A stretch of 28,861 bases of DNA from an uncultured Myxococcales bacterium (GTDB taxonomy: Bacteria > Myxococcota_A > Polyangia > Haliangiales > Haliangiaceae), in contig CALKVT010000188.1 in assembly GCA_938004865.1 (NCBI GenBank), positions 1 through 28,861 on the forward strand. The letters are read 5' to 3'. The position numbers and the translations under genes are program-made. The notes under the pieces were generated by a model, which saw only the letters and a program-made list of their open reading frames with translations, did no database searches and was not told the origin of the DNA. Shown piece after piece: positions 26,037 to 28,861 of the stretch. Position 1 is the first letter of the stretch; each line of letters begins with the position of its first letter.

Positions 26037-26507
26037 TCACCCCTGGCCTGCGAGCAAGCTCTCCACCGCATGCAGGCTCTCCGCGTCGCGGGCCAGCTCC
26101 TTGCGCGCGAACGCCTCGATGGCCTTTTCATGGGCGTAGACATAGGCAAAGAACGCCAGCTCCGAGCCTTCGGCATGCGTCTTCAGGCGCAGGAACTTCT
26201 TCTGGAACGGCACCGTGGCATCAGCCACGAGCTTCATGGCCACACGCCAGGGCATCAACCCGAGGACGGCGCCCTCCACATGGCCTTTCGTCGCCCAGCC
26301 TCTCGGCTCGATCACCTGCTGATGGGTGCTCTCCATGTAGTCCAGGTAGCGACGTAGCGTCTGCGCTTCCAGCGCTTCGAGCGCCAGCCACTTCCGCTTG
26401 CGCGCAGGATCCCGGGTCACGCGGGCGGCGGTGGCGAACGCCGCCCTGCCATAGACCTCCGATTCATGGATGTGCTGCAGGTCTGCCTGATACTCGGGGT
26501 AGCTCAT
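26037..26507 (-). CDS. Hypothetical protein (156 aa, helical, no recognised family)
   Basis: ATG start with the SD gagggag. It is the first gene of a lower-GC segment. It overlaps the 3' end of the alpha/beta hydrolase gene by 44 nt. Confidence 0.5.
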   Translation of the reverse strand: MSYPEYQADLQHIHESEVYGRAAFATAARVTRDPARKRKWLALEALEAQTLRRYLDYMESTHQQVIEPRGWATKGHVEGAVLGLMPWRVAMKLVADATVPFQKKFLRLKTHAEGSELAFFAYVYAHEKAIEAFARKELARDAESLHAVESLLAGQG

Positions 26508-27441
26508 CGCTCGTCTCCCTCTGCGAGATTTCTGCCCGGCTGCCGCCATCGCCATGGGCGAGCTGGCGCAAGGCAAGCTCCAGGGCACTGAAGTAGGCCG
26601 CGGTGTCTTCCATGAACGGCATGTGGCCGACGCCGCGAAACACCACGGTTCTGGCCGTGGGCACCTCGCCGGCGATCAGCAGCGACTGGGTCGCCGGCAC
26701 CACGGGATCGTGCGTGCCGGCGAAGACGAAACACGGAACGCCGATGTCACGTAGCCGATGGCCGATCTGAAGCTTGCCGATGCCGTTGAACAGCCAGAAC
26801 AGCGCCGACGGATCCTGCCCGCGGGTATCGGCGCGGATGTTGTCCAGCATGCGCTGGCTGAGCGGACTGGCACGAAACGCCGCGCGGTCGTGGGCCAGCA
26901 GCGTCGCGAACACGCGCTGCACGAGCTTGCTGTGTCGGGCGATCAGGATGTTCAGCGTGAACAATGGCCTCGCCCACTCGCCGAGGCCGGCCAGCTTCAC
27001 CAGCTGGCCTTCGATCCCCGTCCACTGTCCGCTGTGAAAGCCCGCCACGCTCACGACGCCCACGACCGTGGGTGCGCGGTGAATGGCCAGGTTCAAGGCG
27101 CAGAAACCGCCCGTGGAGTGCCCCACCACGATGGCTCGCCTGCCGTCCAGCAGCTGTTCCAGCGCGCCGTTCATCACGCGGTAGAACCACGGCTCGTCCA
27201 CCTGCCCCGGACCGAAGTCCGCCGGCACGGTCGAGGGATGATGCGCGGGCAGGCTCAGGGCATACCAGGGCCGGTTCTCCCGGAGCTCGGGTGGTACGGC
27301 ATCGAGCCAGAAGCTCACGGAGGCCAGCACGCCATGGATGAACACCACCGCGGGCTCCTCGGGCCTGGCCACGTGTTCGTTCACCGCCAGGTAGGCCAGG
27401 CGGTGGCCTTCGATGTCGACGAAACCTCTCCTCACGTTCAT
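26464..27441 (-). CDS. Alpha/beta-hydrolase fold protein
   Basis: The nucleophile elbow is GHSTGG. The oxyanion region is HGVLAS (HG motif). The C-terminal catalytic pair is HDP...GHMPF. ATG start at MNVRRGF. The GC content is lower than in flanking DNA. Confidence 0.8.
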   Translation of the reverse strand: MNVRRGFVDIEGHRLAYLAVNEHVARPEEPAVVFIHGVLASVSFWLDAVPPELRENRPWYALSLPAHHPSTVPADFGPGQVDEPWFYRVMNGALEQLLDGRRAIVVGHSTGGFCALNLAIHRAPTVVGVVSVAGFHSGQWTGIEGQLVKLAGLGEWARPLFTLNILIARHSKLVQRVFATLLAHDRAAFRASPLSQRMLDNIRADTRGQDPSALFWLFNGIGKLQIGHRLRDIGVPCFVFAGTHDPVVPATQSLLIAGEVPTARTVVFRGVGHMPFMEDTAAYFSALELALRQLAHGDGGSRAEISQRETSDELPRVSGRPAAHP

Positions 27442-27513
27442 GCGGCCACCTGCAACAAGCCTTCCTGGCAAGCAGCCTAGCGATGAACCCCCGGGACGTA
27501 TTGAACGAAAGAG

Positions 27514-28272
27514 CTACTGTCGGCGGGCATGCTGCCAGGCGTGCAGCGCATCGAGGTAGGTGAGGCCGAACGACTCCGAGAAGGCGCGGCTCATGTGAGC
27601 CAGGTCGCTGAACCCGGCCGCCATGGCGGCGCTGGTGGGGAGCGCCCCGTCCAGCAACGCATCCATGGCCATCCTCAGCTTGAGCCACTTCTTGTAGCTC
27701 CGGAACGGGATACCGGATCGCTCCACGAACCAGTGGGAGAAGCGGCTCGGCGAGAGGTCCACCAGGCGGGCCAGGGCGTTCCGATCCACCTCCTTGCCGT
27801 CGCGCAGCTGGACCGCGAGCTCGCGCGCGATCCTGCGGAACCGGCGATCCTCCACGGAGGACGGAGGGGATGGAGGGGTGACGCACAGCAGCTCAGAGCT
27901 CAGCAGCGGACTCAGCTCCGTGGAGGCGGACAGGCCGGCGAGCTCGGCGGGCAGCTGATCCTCGGACAGCGCCGCCCACCCCGCGGTCGAGCCAGCACCC
28001 AGCGTCTCGAGCCGCGACGCCGACAGCGGATCGGCGTAGATCGAGCAGACGAAGCCGGAGAACAGCTGATGCCTCACCTTGGAGGACAGATACACCGCTC
28101 TCGAGCTGCGCCGCCCCGAATCCTCCGCTTCGAACTCGACCGCTCCCTCGACAGCGATGGTCAGCTGCGACGCCCAGTGGCTGTGGGGCTTGTTGGGCCC
28201 CACATGGCCTCGGAAGATCGCGACGCTGTCGGAAAAGACGATGTCTCCTCGCCAGTCCGCTTTCATCGTCAC
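27514..28272 (-). CDS. AraC-family transcriptional regulator
   Basis: The C-terminal AraC HTH region is LVDLSPSRFSHWFVERSGIPFRSYKKWLKLRMAMDALL...SDLAHMSRAFSESFG. The N-terminal half is a sensing domain. GTG start at 28272, with ATG at 28266 as an alternative. Confidence 0.85.
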   Translation of the reverse strand: MTMKADWRGDIVFSDSVAIFRGHVGPNKPHSHWASQLTIAVEGAVEFEAEDSGRRSSRAVYLSSKVRHQLFSGFVCSIYADPLSASRLETLGAGSTAGWAALSEDQLPAELAGLSASTELSPLLSSELLCVTPPSPPSSVEDRRFRRIARELAVQLRDGKEVDRNALARLVDLSPSRFSHWFVERSGIPFRSYKKWLKLRMAMDALLDGALPTSAAMAAGFSDLAHMSRAFSESFGLTYLDALHAWQHARRQ

Positions 28273-28276
28273 ACTT

Positions 28277-28861
28277 CTAGCGGCGGAGGGCGCGGCGTTC
28301 GCGGGTCTGGAGGACGAGGACGGCGATGACGGCGGCGAAGCCGGCGCAGGCGGCGCAGGGGATGAGGTAGGCGCCGACGCGGAGCGAGAACAGGTCGAGC
28401 TCGAGCTCGCGGTTGGCCTCGGCGACGACGCGCTGGAGGACGAGGAGGATGGCGACGCCGATCGCGGCGGAGAGCGCGGTGGCGACGAGCGCGCCGACGA
28501 CGCGGAGGCGCGACGACATGGTGGCGACGCCGAAGAGGAGGAGCGCCGCCACGACCTGGAGGCCGAGGAGCGTCCACATCGTCGTCGTGGCGATCGTGCC
28601 GACGGTCTTCACGTCCTCGTCGCGGAGCGAGTCGAGGGCGTCCATCGCGTCCGTGATGTCGCTCGCGCCGCTGGCGGCCTTGCCCTTGAGGTGCGGGGCC
28701 ACCTTGCCGAGGACGACGGCGCCGACCTGGCGGCCCTTGCTGCCGCGATACTTGGCGAGGATGGTCTCCACCGTCTCCTGGCTGTTGGCGGCGTCGTGGA
28801 GCGAGAGCGACTCGTGCTTGGCGACCGGGGACGTGCCGATCGTGAGCTGGCCGGCCGGCAT
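28277..28861 (-). CDS. Hypothetical membrane protein (3 predicted TM helices), probably 5'-truncated by the window edge
   Basis: The ORF runs to the last complete codon of the window. TM segments are MWTLLGLQVVAALLLFGVA, VVGALVATALSAAIGVAILLVL and AYLIPCAACAGFAAVIAVLVL. GC content returns to the higher flanking level here. Confidence 0.45.
   Translation of the reverse strand: MPAGQLTIGTSPVAKHESLSLHDAANSQETVETILAKYRGSKGRQVGAVVLGKVAPHLKGKAASGASDITDAMDALDSLRDEDVKTVGTIATTTMWTLLGLQVVAALLLFGVATMSSRLRVVGALVATALSAAIGVAILLVLQRVVAEANRELELDLFSLRVGAYLIPCAACAGFAAVIAVLVLQTRERRALRR

Noticed and set aside
1-28861. Search for tRNA, rRNA, CRISPR arrays, IS elements or integrases
   Set aside because: No cloverleaf-like conserved tRNA motifs are visible. 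There are no regularly spaced direct repeats with unique spacers. There are no transposase or integrase-like ORFs or terminal inverted repeats. All intergenic regions are short.

Overview
This window is very GC-rich (roughly 70% or higher) and densely coding, with a strong GC3 bias in real genes, so long antisense 'shadow' ORFs are common. A MYXO-CTERM-like sorting tail and many lipoproteins suggest a Myxococcales chromosome. It begins with the 3' end of an RHS/YD-repeat polymorphic toxin carrying a toxin tip I cannot assign to a family, followed by an overlapping candidate immunity gene. There is a eukaryotic-like Ser/Thr kinase divergent from an operon of a PEGA/TPR secreted protein and a Kelch beta-propeller lipoprotein. 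One operon encodes a CxxCH lipoprotein, a hypothetical protein and a TauE/SafE exporter. Coq4, a thioredoxin with a His-rich tail, an HExxH lipoprotein, a CBS-pair protein and an RluA pseudouridine synthase follow. A single 7.8 kb gene encodes a 2594-aa all-TPR protein. After a (CCCGTG)6 microsatellite comes a plus-strand cluster of surface proteins: a PA14/P-domain lipoprotein, a Cys-rich lipoprotein and a trypsin-like protease that has a MYXO-CTERM but no signal peptide. A crotonase gene overlaps the protease stop. Near the 3' end, a lower-GC three-gene segment (hypothetical, alpha/beta hydrolase, AraC regulator) looks horizontally acquired. I saw no rRNA, tRNA, CRISPR or IS elements. Start codons in this GC-rich DNA are often uncertain.
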